The translations under genes and the position numbers were made by a program. A stretch of 64,000 nucleotides of DNA. Origin: Mizuhopecten yessoensis. Lineage: Eukaryota. The stretch lies in contig NW_018408489.1 of assembly GCF_002113885.1 (NCBI RefSeq), positions 215,800-279,799 on the forward strand, in the 5' to 3' direction. Positions 63,187-64,000 of this stretch are shown here, in pieces (position 1 is the first letter of the stretch; every line of letters begins with the position of its first letter). Under the pieces are notes generated by a model. That model ran no database searches, had not been told where the DNA came from, and saw only the letters and a program-made list of their open reading frames with translations.

Positions 63187-64000
63187 ATGGCGGATGAGGT
63201 GGTACTGGACATCGGAGGTAGGGAGGAACCTCAGACTTTGATGGGAAAAATCCGAGAACGCTACAACGATCCGGAGGCTGACAAACGTCACAAGGTATCT
63301 GCTCAGAGATGGGTGCGCTATCTGATGGTGTTTCAGACTCCAACTCAACTGTTCATGTTTCACTATTACATCATCCCGTGTCTATTCGAAGACTACGACG
63401 ATTGGACTAGATATTATCTCAAAGTTTTCGTCACCTACCTTGCTATACAGGGAGTCGTGAACTACTTATGTACAGTTTTCTATGACACGAGTATCTCCCC
63501 CTCCAAGGATCGGCCTGACCTACCGGGACTGACTGATTGGTGGAATAATCCGCCCGACCATTTTGTGTCATTACACAACCAGAATGGATCTGTCGTTCTC
63601 ATGGAGTCACCGGATGCGGACGAATCCGGATTTGAAACGAAATATTGTGAAATTTGTAAAATTTACCAGCCGCCCCGTACACACCACTGCAAATTGTGTG
63701 ACGCGTGCATTCTGAAGCGTGATCATCACTGCTATATGGTGGGAAACTGCATCGGTTTTAAAAACCAAAGATATTTTGTGGTGTTGACATTTTACGCGAT
63801 GATAATTGGGCTTATTGGTGGATATTTTCAGTACAAGTATTTACAGATATTTTACTACCCGGTCAGTTACGCGTGGACGGATTTCATTCCTCCGGTAGCG
63901 CTCTACCGATGGCTGTTCGGACGAGTGGACGCAATGACCTTGCACATATGCGTCATGATAATTCACGTGTATCTAGAATTTTTGTTCGGGTTCATTGGAT
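63187..64000 (+). CDS. DHHC palmitoyltransferase (ZDHHC22/24-like), runs past the window end
   Basis: Open frame from aaaATGG; transmembrane-like segments; KYCEICKIYQPPRTHHCKLCDACILKRDHHCYMVGNCIGFKNQRYF; AG acceptor at 63178-63179 just upstream. Confidence 0.93.
   Translation, partial: MADEVVLDIGGREEPQTLMGKIRERYNDPEADKRHKVSAQRWVRYLMVFQTPTQLFMFHYYIIPCLFEDYDDWTRYYLKVFVTYLAIQGVVNYLCTVFYDTSISPSKDRPDLPGLTDWWNNPPDHFVSLHNQNGSVVLMESPDADESGFETKYCEICKIYQPPRTHHCKLCDACILKRDHHCYMVGNCIGFKNQRYFVVLTFYAMIIGLIGGYFQYKYLQIFYYPVSYAWTDFIPPVALYRWLFGRVDAMTLHICVMIIHVYLEFLFGFIG

Overview
AT-rich eukaryotic DNA, probably a bivalve mollusc (inferred from the SINE, Helentron and CR1 styles and a C1qDC gene). Most of the window is nested transposons. 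There are two host genes: a 3-exon secreted C1q-domain gene (minus strand, 54138-49891) and a DHHC palmitoyltransferase that runs off the right edge (63187 onward). The main mobile elements are: (1) an 11.4-kb TGT..ACA TIR element with a 6-bp TSD (612-12047), holding a young CR1-type LINE and a decayed DDE-SWIM transposase; (2) a tRNA-His-primed Gypsy element whose 5' leader is split by a Ginger1 transposon (integrase plus spliced Ulp1 protease, inverted ~160-bp subterminal arrays) and by a 7.8-kb P-superfamily-like element; (3) several Kolobok-type, Harbinger-type and Tc1-type MITEs and large minisatellites. The best candidate for an undescribed system is the P-like element (28707-36470; 643-bp TIRs, 7-bp TSD). 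It encodes a spliced Pif1 helicase fused to a P-transposase-C-terminal-like domain and a PHD finger. On the opposite strand it has an RFX-like winged-helix/transposase N-terminal gene whose first coding exon appears to lie inside the TIR. All family calls are from motifs read by eye; no database search was run.
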